From Octopus bimaculoides (taxonomy: Eukaryota), in NCBI RefSeq assembly GCF_001194135.2, contig NC_068994.1, forward strand, positions 15,167,796 to 15,231,795: DNA of 64,000 bases. The letters are read 5' to 3'. Shown piece after piece: positions 49,769-62,049 of the stretch. A program made the translations under genes and the position numbers. How positions within the stretch are numbered: the first letter of the stretch is position 1; every line of letters begins with the position of its first letter. The notes beneath the pieces are model-generated. The model was not told the origin of the DNA. It saw nothing but the letters and a program-made list of their open reading frames with translations, and ran no database searches.

Positions 49769-51059
49769 TTTGGTGTTGACAAAATATTGACTGATGATAA
49801 TTGATCCCTAGCTGATGACCTGAGGGGAGGCCGTCCTCTCAACCAATACACTGCTGTGGGTGTTGCTGGATGACGGACTTATAATTAAGGTTGATTCTAT
49901 CAACTATACCTCATTCCCTACAAATTTGTGGAAATGTATCAAAAGTTAAAAATTAATATCATGACTATAAGAAAAAAATTTCTCTATATAACATGCACCA
50001 GGTGCCATTGAGTTTTGTATCCCAGTTGCATAACGACTCAATTGACATTGCTGCAAAAGTCATGAATACCATGTATCTTACCTTCCCTTACTCTTCTTGG
50101 AGTAAAGAAAATTCCTTGGATTGCCTGTCTACCGAAAGAAGACAACAGGAAACCACTCTAATATTACCATTCTGATGTGCAATAACTCTGAGAAAGTATT
50201 ACAATCTTATGTTGCTTCCCGAAATAGTCATTGAAAAGAAGAAATGCATGTGTATGCACACACACACACATACCTTCATATTCACTAATTATCCCTGTCT
50301 TCCTCTCCCTCTTAGAATACTCATACAAGCTGTATCTGGCAATGAGTAATTACAAAACATTGAAAAATATGAATGCCTCTGTGAGTAACTCTATTTTAGT
50401 GATGCATTCTGTAGTGCTTTTTGACAAGACCTTAATAATAACAAGTTATTTCAACAATCAGTTCATTCTGTTTCTTTTTCTGTCTGAACTCAAATTTCTT
50501 TATGACACATAACCAACCTGAGTTGGGGGCTTCTATGTAGTTGCTGAACCTGCTTGAAATAGTAATCAAATTTTCCTCAAATCATATCCTACTGTCTTAA
50601 AAATGTTGTCATTGATATTTATAATGACAGGATGGCCATGACTGAAAAGCAGGAATGATGTGAAACAGCAACCAAAAACCAAAAAAGATTGTTTTTTAAT
50701 GAAATCAGTTTTTATAGAGTAAATTGTATATTGGACTACTGCCTTAATTTAATGTATTTCTAGTACTTACTTTACAAAGTTGACTTAAAGGAGGTTTCAA
50801 AATGTAAATGTATGGTTTTGAACTCTGCATCAGACCCTGTATAGAGTAATCCCCTAGACTAGGGGAGTGTTGGATTCCTAAAAGCTTTATTATAAAAAGA
50901 ATTCTGTAACAAAACTTATTTTCCTGTTTAACTTCCATGTTATAGATTAAACTGTGTTTCTACATAATATTTTTGAGAATTGATCAAATAATACAACCAT
51001 TTTTATGATTGAAAATAATTATTTTTAAAAACATACCTTACACTATATATATCTTTGTC

Positions 51060-51412
51060 TGTTTGTAAGGTGGTTAGTGTTAGGCAGGGCATCCAGCCTA
51101 AAACCCAGCAAAACAGACAGTGAAGCCTAGTCCAGTCTTCTACCTTGCCAGCTCCTGTCTAACCGTCGAACCCATGCTAGCATGGTAAACAGAAGTTAGA
51201 TGATGATATGTTGGGCCTCTAGTATAGACCTTTAGTATATATTGGGGCTTATGGAGACAATGACTAGTGACCAAGACCTTAAGCAATATGCCATGCTTGA
51301 GAAGACCTGTCAAGCCAAGTGAAATCGTAGTCGTGGCTGATACTGGTGTCACGTAACTGACACCTGTGCCAGTGGCACATAAAAGGCACTTTTCAAGCAT
51401 TGAACCTCACGG
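51060..51412 (+). mobile_element. SINE 3' tail (51060-51205) followed by a second copy of the 49318-49524 segment (51206-51412)
   Basis: ...aacccatgctagcatgg...gatgatg, then atatgttgggcctctagt...cctcacgg. Confidence 0.75.
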
Positions 51413-51788
51413 TTGATGTTGGCTGGTCAAAGAAGTGGCTTCCTCCTTGCTGCCCTGCCATAGTAACCAAGTTTGTGGAGATACCCAACTATTGTTCTGG
51501 GACTGACATCAACTTGTTCTGCTATGTCAGAGGCCTTGCAATGAGGATTATCCTCCACACTTTCTTAACAAAGAGAAGAGTCCTGTCAGATAGCCCTGAT
51601 TGATCTGGGCAAGGTGATGTGGACTCCTTGTCCCCTCTGGTGAATTGCACAATGACTCTATTAACTGTAGAAAGTGGGATCCCATGGTTTGCTGCAATTT
51701 TACGCTGATTATGTCTACCTTAAGAATGACCCACCATATGGCCTCTTTGAAATTCAGACAGTTCCAAGGCTTCTTTTGAACACGGCAT
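51412..51788 (-). pseudogene. Tc1-family transposase 5' fragment (paired-like HTH region)
   Basis: ATG at 51788: MPCSKEALELSEFQRGHMVG.*GRHNQRKIAA.HGIPLSTVNRVI.QF. After a frameshift: NPHCKASDIAEQVDVSPRTIVGYLHKLGYYGRAARRKPLL. Truncated before the DDE domain. Confidence 0.85.
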
Positions 51789-51908
51789 GATTAAATAGTC
51801 ACATATAAGAACCTGAAACATAAAAATGACAGTTATTAAAAAATATAAATCTTTGCAAGTTAGAATAAACATAAAACAATCTCTTATGGCGTGTCTATTT
51901 ACTTCTAT

Positions 51909-51940
51909 CGCGCGCGCGCGCGCGCGTGTGTGTGTGTGTG
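51909..51940. repeat. (CG)9(TG)n alternating purine-pyrimidine tract
   Basis: Directly visible. Confidence 0.95.
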
Positions 51941-52620
51941 ATGTGTATATAAATGTTTCAAAAGAGAAATGCATTAGGACATAGGAATAAACTTACAGTT
52001 TTTACTTGAATTGTCATCATGCTTATTGACACATTGCCTCATGTCTGATTGTCAGCTTACACATTAAGCATCACTTCAAGCCTTTGTAAAGCATCAAGTT
52101 TAATATCCTGTGTAATCCCTTTTTAAAACTCCTTTTTTGTACTACTGCTTTAACTTTCACTTAATGGCATATTTCCAGCCAACATGAATAAGGGGGTAAT
52201 GCACCATAATGTACATGCTTGTGAAATTTGTTTTCAGCAGTGGCCATGATAGACGAGAAATCTATATATGGCAGTAGAAATAGGTAAAAAAATTCATACA
52301 GCAGTGGTGTTAGTCGAGAAATCACAACTGCAGCAGCGAGAGATAACAAATAATGCAGTAGCAACAAACAAATAAAAAATATAGCATCAAATATTTATAA
52401 AACAAAATCGCTGTCTGTGTATCCTGGTATTGTATATAAACTGTTAGAAGGCATGGAGTTGTGGAATTGTCTGAGATAAAATCTCTTTGTAGACTTGTAT
52501 TAAAAACACAATATATATTCGGAGCAAGATGAACATCATTGTTGCACCCGACTCACATAAATGACAGATGCATTTGTCTTCCTTAAAGCTTGATTGTTTC
52601 CTGCCTACATGAAATTCATG

Positions 52621-52652
<32 letters not shown>

Positions 52653-53291
52653 ATCAACATATATATATATATATAATCAACTTTAAATAGAGCTCAAAAC
52701 TGATCCATTGAAAATACTTTATTATGATAATAATAATAATGAAAATGACCTATGAACATTTCGATATAAGACAGGAAATAATACATTAACTGGTATTGTG
52801 GAAGCTTGTTGGACTGTAGAAAAACTCATTATACACAATTGAAACGGCATTAAATTAAAATTGCCATCTCTGTTTCATACTAAATTTATATTTTCAATTA
52901 GAAGTCATGATACTATGGTTTTTGTCTGAAAGAAAATCTCTTCATAGACATGCTGTGATAAAAATGCAATATATATATATATTCTAAGCGAGATGGACTT
53001 TATTGCCTCAGTGATTCATAAGAACAACAGACACGTTTCTGTTAAACCTCAAGAAAGGCAAAATGCATCTGTCACTCTCATGAATCACTGGGGCAGTGAT
53101 GTTTATCTCACTTCAGTATATTTTGTTTTTAACACAAGCCTACAAGGTGATTTTATCTCAGATAATTCCACAGCTTCCTGCCTTCAAACAATGTATATAC
53201 ATTTTGTATGATACACAGATGGTAATTTTAATTTAATGTTGTTTCATTTGTACATACCTAGTTAAAAAACAGTATATATTTTATACATGTA

Positions 53292-53487
53292 TAACAATTT
53301 TAAAACTAAATTCATGATATATATCATCATCGTCGTTTAACGTCCGCTTTCCATGCTAGCATGGGTTGGACGATTTGACTGAGGACTGGTGAAACCTCAG
53401 TCAAATCGTTCAACCCATGCTAGCATGGAAAGCGGACGTTAAACGACGATGATGATATATATCATGAATTTAGTTTTAAAATTGTTA
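53292..53487. repeat. Near-perfect palindrome: 93-bp arms, 10-nt spacer, one mismatch; each arm is a SINE tail plus flanking DNA
   Basis: Left arm 53292-53384, spacer actggtgaaa, right arm 53395-53487. Confidence 0.95.
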
Positions 53488-53656
53488 CAATTCACCTAAA
53501 ATTCCAGCAGAGTAGAATTGCTGGTTATATCTTGAAATCAGTGGTAATACTTAAAGCAGAATTTCCATAAGAGAAACCACTGTATGTAGCTTATATTTTA
53601 TTTATTCTAAAGAGATGAAACGCTAAGTTGTTTCTAATTGAATTTAAACAGAACAT

Positions 53657-53865
53657 AGAACCCTTAAGCATTCAGATTACTCTGCCAAATGTAATGTTTA
53701 TTTGTTCACACTGTTTTGAATTAATTACAGATAATCTTGTAGCTTCAAGATTTCAATGATGTGATCATTTATTTTTAGAATGACATTGTAGATCTTGCTG
53801 GTTTTCACATAAAATATGTTGAATAACAGGGCTGAATATGGCTAGTTTAAGTGCTAAAGGGTTGA
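53657..53865 (+). mobile_element. piggyBac-type MITE, copy 10
   Basis: cccttaagcattcagattactctg...atatggctagtttaagtgctaaagggttga. Confidence 0.85.
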
Positions 53866-53868
53866 ATC

Positions 53869-54269
53869 ATGGAGTACTCTGTCCTCCACCAATTACCCCC
53901 TCATTGCTGTTGGAATATACCTGTAAGGAAGTGTTGTACTCTTTTAAATGAATCCCTGTATGTATGGTCAGTATTTATTTTATCCCACCTCATAGGTATC
54001 CGCCACATGCACTGGTACAGATATGTCCCCCACCTCCTGCCAGACCATCCTACTAGGGTCTTACTCTCATTTAATATACCAGCTGTGGACTGGAAGATCT
54101 TCAGAGGCTCAATGTCATCTTGGAGGATGCAAGGGACTGGCACGGGACCGCTAGCAATAGGGAGCACTTGTGAACTTGGTCTGCTTTACACAGAATGAAC
54201 GCCTCCATGACCCCTAACCTGGGATGAACCCCAGCCCCATCAAGCAAGGGCATGAAGCAAGTAAGCAAG
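53869..54269 (+). mobile_element. 3' end of an RTE-like LINE (decayed RT C-terminus plus short-repeat tail)
   Basis: IRHMHWYRYVPHLLPDHPTRVLLSF...WK resembles IR..RLRW.GHV.R.P..HP....L.F...GW. Then QRLNVILEDA...A.NRE resembles L...A.DR..W. Tail aagcaagtaagcaag. Confidence 0.6.
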
Positions 54270-54349
54270 GGATAATCTCAGCAGAATTTGAATTCTGAAT
54301 ATAATGAGATAAGAACTCCATTTCACCATTCCTTTGACTTAAATAATTT

Positions 54350-54560
54350 CTTTCCAGTATAGGCACAAGGCTAGAAATTTGGAGGGAGGGAGTTAGTTGA
54401 TTAGATCAGACCTTAGTACTTGACTGGTTCTTTATTTTATTGATCCCAAAAAGATGAAATGCAAAGTTTTAATGGGATTTGAACTCAGAATGTAAAATGG
54501 CAAAACAAATACCACAATGCATTATTATATCTGTGGCTCGTAATTTTCCAACATTGAAGC
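54350..54560 (-). mobile_element. tRNA-derived SINE (family of 36235/57815/59590)
   Basis: tataggcacaaggctagaaatttgg...gatcccaaaaagatgaaatgcaaag...tttgaactcagaatgtaaa. Confidence 0.75.
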
Positions 54561-55239
54561 ATTACAGAACATTAGCAGAAGAGAGTAGAGTAGAGTTAAT
54601 TGAATTGTCCTCAAAATATATAACTACAAATGTTGATTTTTTATCATTATAAAAAATTGTATTGTGAATCAATAACTAATTCCTCCTGTCATGAACTATG
54701 TAAAATTACTATTAAATGTTGATGTCTGCTCTACTTAGAATACAATTACCATTTTTTCATGTATGGATGTTATAAAGGGGTGGGGGGAATGAAACCAAAC
54801 TACAGCAAAAAACTGCAGCTCACAATGTCAGCAGTGCTGGCCATACCTGTCACAAGTGTTGACAGTGCTTATCCTTTCAATAGCAACAGTTTTGATGAAT
54901 AAGACACTTTATTCTCAAATGAGCCTAAGTACACAAGGCAACATAAAACCTCAATAGTTTACTTGCTTTGTTAAATACATGAAGATAGATGTTTCAAACC
55001 TAGTGGATTTTTTTCTTTTTTAAGTTTTCATAACAGACAGTTGTGCTCTGTAAATTAGCTGTATCTAATCAATTATATATAGTTATTCATATTGCAGCTA
55101 ATTTGTGGGGAAGAGCTATCAGAAAATTAGATCTTCAAATGAGTCCAAGCAGGGCAATTTACTGTTGCATCCATCTCTGGAATAAAGTATTACAGCCAAT
55201 AGCTTTCTGATAGTTAGTGTATAATTTTCATATGCGTGC

Positions 55240-55434
55240 ACACACATGCACACGCATACATACACACGCATACATACACACACAGTTATCTTGTTATTCT
55301 CTTTTTTTATCATTGTATATAAATGTGTATATTCATAAGTATATGTGTATATTTTGTGTATATATATGTGTGTCTGAGTATGTGTATATATGTATATGTG
55401 TGTATATTTGTATATAAGTTTGTGTATATGTATA

Positions 55435-55470
<36 letters not shown>

Positions 55471-56010
55471 CATNNNNNNNNNNNNNNNNNNNNNNNNNNN
55501 NNNNNNNNNNNNNNNNNNNNNNNNNNNNNNNNNNNNNNNNNNNNNNNNNNNNNNNNNNNNNNNNNNNNNNNNNNNNNNNNNNNNNNNNNNNNNNNNNNNN
55601 NNNNNNNNNNNNNNNNNNNNNNNNNNNNNNNNNNNNNNNNNNNNNNNNNNNNNNNNNNNNNNNNNNNNNNNNNNNNNNNNNNNNNNNNNNNNNNNNNNNN
55701 NNNNNNNNNNNNNNNNNNNNNNNNNNNNNNNNNNNNNNNNNNNNNNNNNNNNNNNNNNNNNNNNNNNNNNNNNNNNNNNNNNNNNNNNNNNNNNNNNNNN
55801 NNNNNNNNNNNNNNNNNNNNNNNNNNNNNNNNNNNNNNNNNNNNNNNNNNNNNNNNNNNNNNNNNNNNNNNNNNNNNNNNNNNNNNNNNNNNNNNNNNTA
55901 TATGCATATATATGTATATATATATGTATGCATATGTATATATATATGCATATATATGTATATATATATGTATGCATATGTATATATACATGCATATTTG
56001 TATATATATC
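55240..56010. repeat. TA/TG/CA low-complexity tract spanning an assembly gap (N 55474-55898)
   Basis: Directly visible. The overlapping YI/CV-rich ORFs in the track are artefacts. Confidence 0.97.
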
Positions 56011-57029
56011 TGAAAGAATAGCAGAAAACAATACCAGGAATATTTCAGTTATTCCATTCCTGTTGCTGTTTCAGTAATTCTTACATAATGGTATAACAAC
56101 CACCACAGTTATATATAATTATACAGGTTATATACATGTGTGTGTGTGGTATGAATATTTTTCAACCCTATAACATAGCTGTTATGAGACAATATTTTAT
56201 GAGTGCATTAGCCTACTCCAAACACACAAGTCTGAAGTAGGCCATATGGGCTTCCCGCCAAAATGATCATCTTATGCACAAAGTACTTGTCTTTACTTGG
56301 TTCTGTTTTAATTATCTTCAGCAGTATGACAGGAATCATTGTTGACAGCCAGTCATTGCAGTGTGTTAATGAGCTAGTTGAGATTCTGTTAAGACCTTTT
56401 TTTCTTCCTTGTTTGTTTTCCTCTTTTCTTAGTGAACAGTAAAAGGATGCTATTCTCTCCACCTGCATGGGTTGACTGAATTTTCAATTTTCTGGTTTGT
56501 AATAAACCATATATATTCTTTGTTCACAGCAGCTGTTGGTGGGTTTTTATTCATGTATTTTATTTTTTATTTTTTCCTGTTTCTTTGTTTTGGTCTTCTG
56601 TCAAGTTCTTTTTTTTTTTTTTCTTCCTTTCTTTCATGCTCATCTGTAAACACTAGTCAGCTTTCAAAGTGCTAGTTTACTATGCTATTTTCTATTTCTG
56701 ATAAACTATTTGAGTGTGTCTCTATAGTTCTTTATGGTTGCTAGCAGCTCTTTCCTTTTATGATGCCAATACCCTGTGGGCTGTAAAAGCCTTTACTTTT
56801 CAAGTGGTTGGGATCTATTAAGTTCTTTGCTGGATATTGTTTCTGTTAGCAATTCTTATTTTATATACATTGTAGTTGGTGTAGGCAGTGTTGATGATCA
56901 ATAAGGAATGTCTAGAACTCAATGCAGAACTAATATTTCAAGGGACTTTGTTTGTGGAACACCGTTTTTCTTCTCTCATTCCTTGCAGATGTTTTACTCC
57001 TTCAATATACATCAACAAAAGGTTTACAC

Positions 57030-57160
57030 ACATCAGGTTTCTGCACAGTTTCTGTCTATCAATTTTCAATTGTAAAGCATTGATCAATCCAAGACTGTAG
57101 TAGAAGATACTTACCTAAGATGCTGTGCAGTGGGATGGACTTCAAAACCATGTGTTTTTG
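57030..57160 (-). mobile_element. Old tRNA-derived SINE fragment (family of 48167/62050)
   Basis: cagtttctgtctatcaa...gtagtagaagatacttacctaagatgctgtgcagtggga...aaccatgtg. Confidence 0.7.
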
Positions 57161-57814
57161 AAATTAACTTCTTAAAAAATAAAATCCAATTTATTTTAAT
57201 TCTGACCGTCAAAACATTCCATAATACTATGATGGTATATATTTTGGTGAGTATAAACAAATAAGTGACAAACTTCATTAATGTTGAAGTCTTGCTAAAC
57301 ACTAAAGTTGAAAAAAATAAACAAAAAAAAAATACAGTCTTGGTAGAATGCTTCATTAGGATGGTTTCTGTCTAAAAGCTAATAGAAGAGTAAATAAGTT
57401 CTTTGGCCGTTGATTCCTGCTCCAGCGTAAATTTATCGTGATTTAATCAGTAAAGATTTCCAGCACAGCTTGGTTTTCCTCAAAATGTCATTATTATCAA
57501 AATTGGCACAGACAGAGAGGAGACCTTATTGTGGTAATTGAAATCTCTATAGAGGTAAAATTCTATGGAATATTGCATGTTTTTCATTTAATTTCAATGT
57601 TATATTTTTATATTTTTGTTCATTATAGCTTCCTCTCTTCTATTTGGTACTCCAGTACAGTTTATGTATTTTTAATGGTCATATTATTGTGTGTGTGTGT
57701 AGTTAGTCTTCTTTCAAGCAACTGGCATCAAAAGTGCTACTGCAATAATTTTTTGAAAATTAGTTTCTGATTTACTAATTTCGCTGATTTCTACTGTCCA
57801 ATATTAAGTCCATA

Positions 57815-58302
57815 TAAGGTGGCAAGCTGGCAAAATCGTTAGCACACCTAGCAAACTACTTGGCAGCATTTCATCCATCTATATGTTCTGAGTTCAAATT
57901 TCCATCAAAGTTGACTTTGCCTTTCATCCTTTCAGGGTTGATAAAGTAAGTACCAGTTCAGCACTGGGGTCAACGTAATTGACTTACCTTCTCTCCCCCC
58001 TCCCAATTGCTGACCTTCGAGTGAGATCGTTGCCAGTGCCACTGGACTGGCCCTTGTGCAGGTGGCATGTAAAATACACCATTATGAGTGTGGCCGTTGC
58101 CAGTACCGCCTGACTGGCCTTCATGCCGGTGGCACGTAAAAGCACCCACTCCACTCTCGGAGTGGTTAGCGTTAGGAAGAGCATCCAGCTGTAGAAACTC
58201 TGCCAAATCAGATTGGAGCCTGGTGTAGCCATCTGGGTCACCAGTCCTCAGTCAAATCATCCAACCCATGCTAGCATGGAAAGCGGACATTAAACGATGA
58301 TG
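57815..58302 (+). mobile_element. Composite: tRNA-derived SINE head and body (57815 to about 58017) fused to an RTE-tailed SINE 3' half (about 58018-58302)
   Basis: ggtggcaagctggcaaaatcgttagc...gcctttcatcctttcagggttgata...aattgctgacc, then gagtgagatcgttgcc...catgctagcatggaaagcggacattaaacgatgatg. Confidence 0.8.
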
Positions 58303-59589
58303 TTTTCGGTGTTTTGAGTGTGCTTCACTCATTTTCAAGATTTTGCTGTTCAAACTTCTCATACTATTCTAATAGGGTGCTGTTTTATTTTAGTATTTCA
58401 TGTGTTTTCTGACAGTTGATATAGTTTGATATTATGACTAATCAAACCCAGCCATTATATTGATGACGGAGAGATTGGATGATGTATTCGTAGATATATT
58501 ATGGTCTTGACAGGAATTTTTTAGTCAGAACTGACTTGGAGTAAAACAGCAACTTTTACCATTGATCAATTAATTTTCTCATAGATTTTCTTCCACTATT
58601 GGCTTCAATTTTTGCATCAGAAGTACTTCCATCTCTCTCTTCTTTTTCAAAAATTTTGAAATTGATGTTCTGGAATAGTTCTTTCAGCCCTTGTGTAATG
58701 AATGTTGCAGACAATTTTAAGGTATTTGTGGTCAACTTTCAGCACATATTTAGCATATTTTTCTCCATATCCATTACAAAACTTGAGTGTCTTAAAAAGG
58801 CAAAAAAAAATAAACAGCTGAAAAAATACATATGGGCTTCAATAAAATTAATCAATGTTTTAATCTTTCAAATGCGATATGCATTCTAGCAAAGTAACGA
58901 ATATTTATGTTGCTGCACAGAACTAAAACACCCCCCATTTCAAAACATGCCATTATTTTCCCAGATAAATTAAAACAATAAAATAAAATCTACAGTTAGA
59001 AATACATGGCATAAAGCAATTTAAAATGTGTTAAAAAATATATCTTTAAGAATACCTATATACATACAAGCACACATACAAATTTCTAAATGTTCTTAAT
59101 GTGCAATTTATTTGCTCATCGCATTGCTTTTTTGCGAACGCTCTGTATAAAATTTCACTAAAAAAGATACATTTTGAAATGAAGAGATATCTACCATTGA
59201 AAAGTTTAGGCAAATCATTTTTATTCAATCTCATTTCGTTTTTGTTTAGGTGTTTTATTACACACTGTATTATACGTGATACATTTTATTATGTAACATG
59301 CTCCATTTCCATTATGCTATGTGTTACATTGAAGTTTTGGCTGGCATCATATCAGTTATATGGTAGAGTATATTACTTCCCAGTTATAATAATGGCTTCA
59401 AAATAAATGAGGTGTAGGCAACTAAAAACATGCCTTAAACAACTAAATATGTTGGCAAATGTTGGACACAATTTTGAATGCAAGGATCAATATTCTTAGA
59501 TAATGGCTTTTTTCTTCCCAATCTCCCTTAATCTACATGCCTTATCAATATCTTACCTGAATTATGATAATAATAATATTAATAATAAC

Positions 59590-60235
59590 AACAATCCTTT
59601 CAACTATGGGCATAAGGCCTGAAATTTGGCAGAGGGATTAGTCAATTACATCAGCCCCCAGTGCATAACTGGTACTTATTTAATAGACCCGAAAGGATGG
59701 AAGGCAAAGTCAACCTTGGCAGAATTTGAACTCAGAACATAAAGATGGACAAAATGCCACTAAGCATTTTGCTCAGTGTCCTAATAATTCTGCCAGCTCA
59801 CTGCCTTGTATGATAATAATCTTTTCTAATGAAGGCACGAGGCCTGAAATTTGGGGAAGTGGTTAGTTGATTACAGTGACCCCAGTGCTCAACAAGTACT
59901 TATTTAATTGACCCTGAATGGATGAAAGGCAAAGTCAGCCTCTATGGAATTTAAACTGAGAACGTAAAGCTGGAAGAAAAGCAGCTAAGCTTTTTGTCCA
60001 GTGTGTTAACAGCAACAGCAACAGCAACAACAACAATAATTCTTTTTACTATAGGCCAGAAATTTTGGGGGAGCAGTTACTTGATTACATCAAACCCAGT
60101 GCTTGACCAATACTTATTTTATTGACCTCACAAGGATGAAAGGCAATGTCATCTTTGACAGCTTTTGAACTCAGAATGTAAACCCAGGAGAAATGCCACT
60201 AATTGTTTTGTCAGCATGCTAACGATTCTGCCAGG
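59590..60235 (-). mobile_element. Three tandem same-orientation tRNA-derived SINE copies (about 59590-59808, 59815-60010, 60040-60235)
   Basis: Each has ...aggcctgaaattt...ccccagtgc...ggatg.aaggcaa.gtc...ttgaactcagaa, separated by (aat)/(caa) tails. Confidence 0.85.
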
Positions 60236-61276
60236 CATGCAGCTTTTAATCTTGATCCATAATTCCCCATGTTAATCTTTGTAGAACCCAACCATTTTGG
60301 TATTACTTTTATCATTTTAAAGTGCTCCATTTTCCTGGAATACTACAGGTCATGGAAATAATCCTTGCTGCAATATTCTTCACAAGATATTACGAAACAC
60401 ATTGAATTAAGGAATAATTTTGTGAAGTCATAGGCCTGCTGAATGAAAAAGAAAAATGTTTATTTCTTATTGAAAAATGAAAAATCTATTCTGTAATTTT
60501 ATAGTAACTGAAAATCACTTACTGGTTCTTGTTTCAATGATAATTAAACAAATCTTGAAACATTTGTTTCCCTTGTGACTCAGGCTTTTCCCTCCTCTCA
60601 AGCACACATGCACGCCGTGCACACACATACACACTCACATTATTACCATTATTAGATTAGTGAATTTTAACATGAGACAAAATGTATTGCAGCTTTTAAA
60701 TTTCATCTCACCACATTCTAGGTTCAAATGTTGTGAGTGTCAATTTACTGGGAAGCAATTTAAGACCAATTTAATTCACTCTACACTTTTCTCTGCATAC
60801 AAAAAAATCACAGTCTATTTGTTTTGTTCCATTTCTTTAAGTGTTTATTTAATTGTATTCCTAAAACTCGAATCTCTAGTTACTAATACTCTTGACCAAA
60901 AACCAGTTCTTTGTGCTGTGAAAACTTTTGACAGCTGCTTTCATGTGGAATGGGGTTAGACAGTCTTATTTAGTTGATCCTAATCTATCAAATTTCAAAA
61001 ACTTGAGTTTGTAACCAACAGCTTCTTGTAAGAACATTAGTTCTCAGAGAAATATAAAATGGCCTGCTTTGTTTCCTTTATATCTATAAATAGCTTTATC
61101 CAGAGGAGATTGGTTAGCATCTATTGTTTTCATATCCAAAAATTTCTTTTCATACAATATTAACATTGAGTCAGTCAATGCTTTGTAATTTGTAATAGTT
61201 GATGCAATTAAAATGATGTGAATGATTATTATAATATGAAAAGCGTATGCCTAAGATATTTGATTACATATCTAAT

Positions 61277-61308
<32 letters not shown>

Positions 61309-62049
61309 CCACCCATACACATGATGGAGATTTGTCTGTAGAATGATGTAGGACCTTTCACTATTAACATAATCTGATTTCTTGCAGAGATGGATGCGAG
61401 CATAGTTATATGGTTAAGGAGTTCACAAGCTGTGGTTCTGGTTTCAATCTTACATTGCATCACACCTTGGACATGTCTCTTACCATAAACTCAAATTGAT
61501 TTATATCTTGCATGTGAAATTTAGTCAACAGATATTACGCAGAAGCCTAGTGTATGTGTTTATATTACATCAGTGTAAAATGGTGTAATTTCCTTGTAGC
61601 ACTTACACTTTGTAGGAGGAGGTAACTTCCTAAAAATGGACATATCTCAAGGTTAAATTAATTGTTCTTTGAATAGATAATTAACAAAATTATTATGAGA
61701 CCTAAGTACTGCTGTTAATATAATTAACTAGAATCTATGAAATATGAGCATGATCTACTGACTGAAACCAATAATAGAAATAAACATGCAAGTTATATAT
61801 TACAGTACTTTCCAAAGATCCATTCCCTTATTGGTATACATAGGTAAATTATTTCACTTCTGCTTTTTTAGCCAATATGTGCACCAAAAATTATTCACCT
61901 TTGCTTTGGTGGAGCAGCACAAATGTTTTCTACACAGTTGGTCATTTGTGAGCTGTTGTCTATAGCATCATTGAAAGGCTTGTACTTGGGTACTAGCAAG
62001 TAAAAAGCATTAAAGCATTTAATCACAAGTCTGAATTAAATAGTTGTAC

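Noticed and set aside
49805-49845. ctgatga-cct gagggg agg as a hammerhead
   Set aside because: No GAAA follows the putative stem II, and there is no stem I partner.
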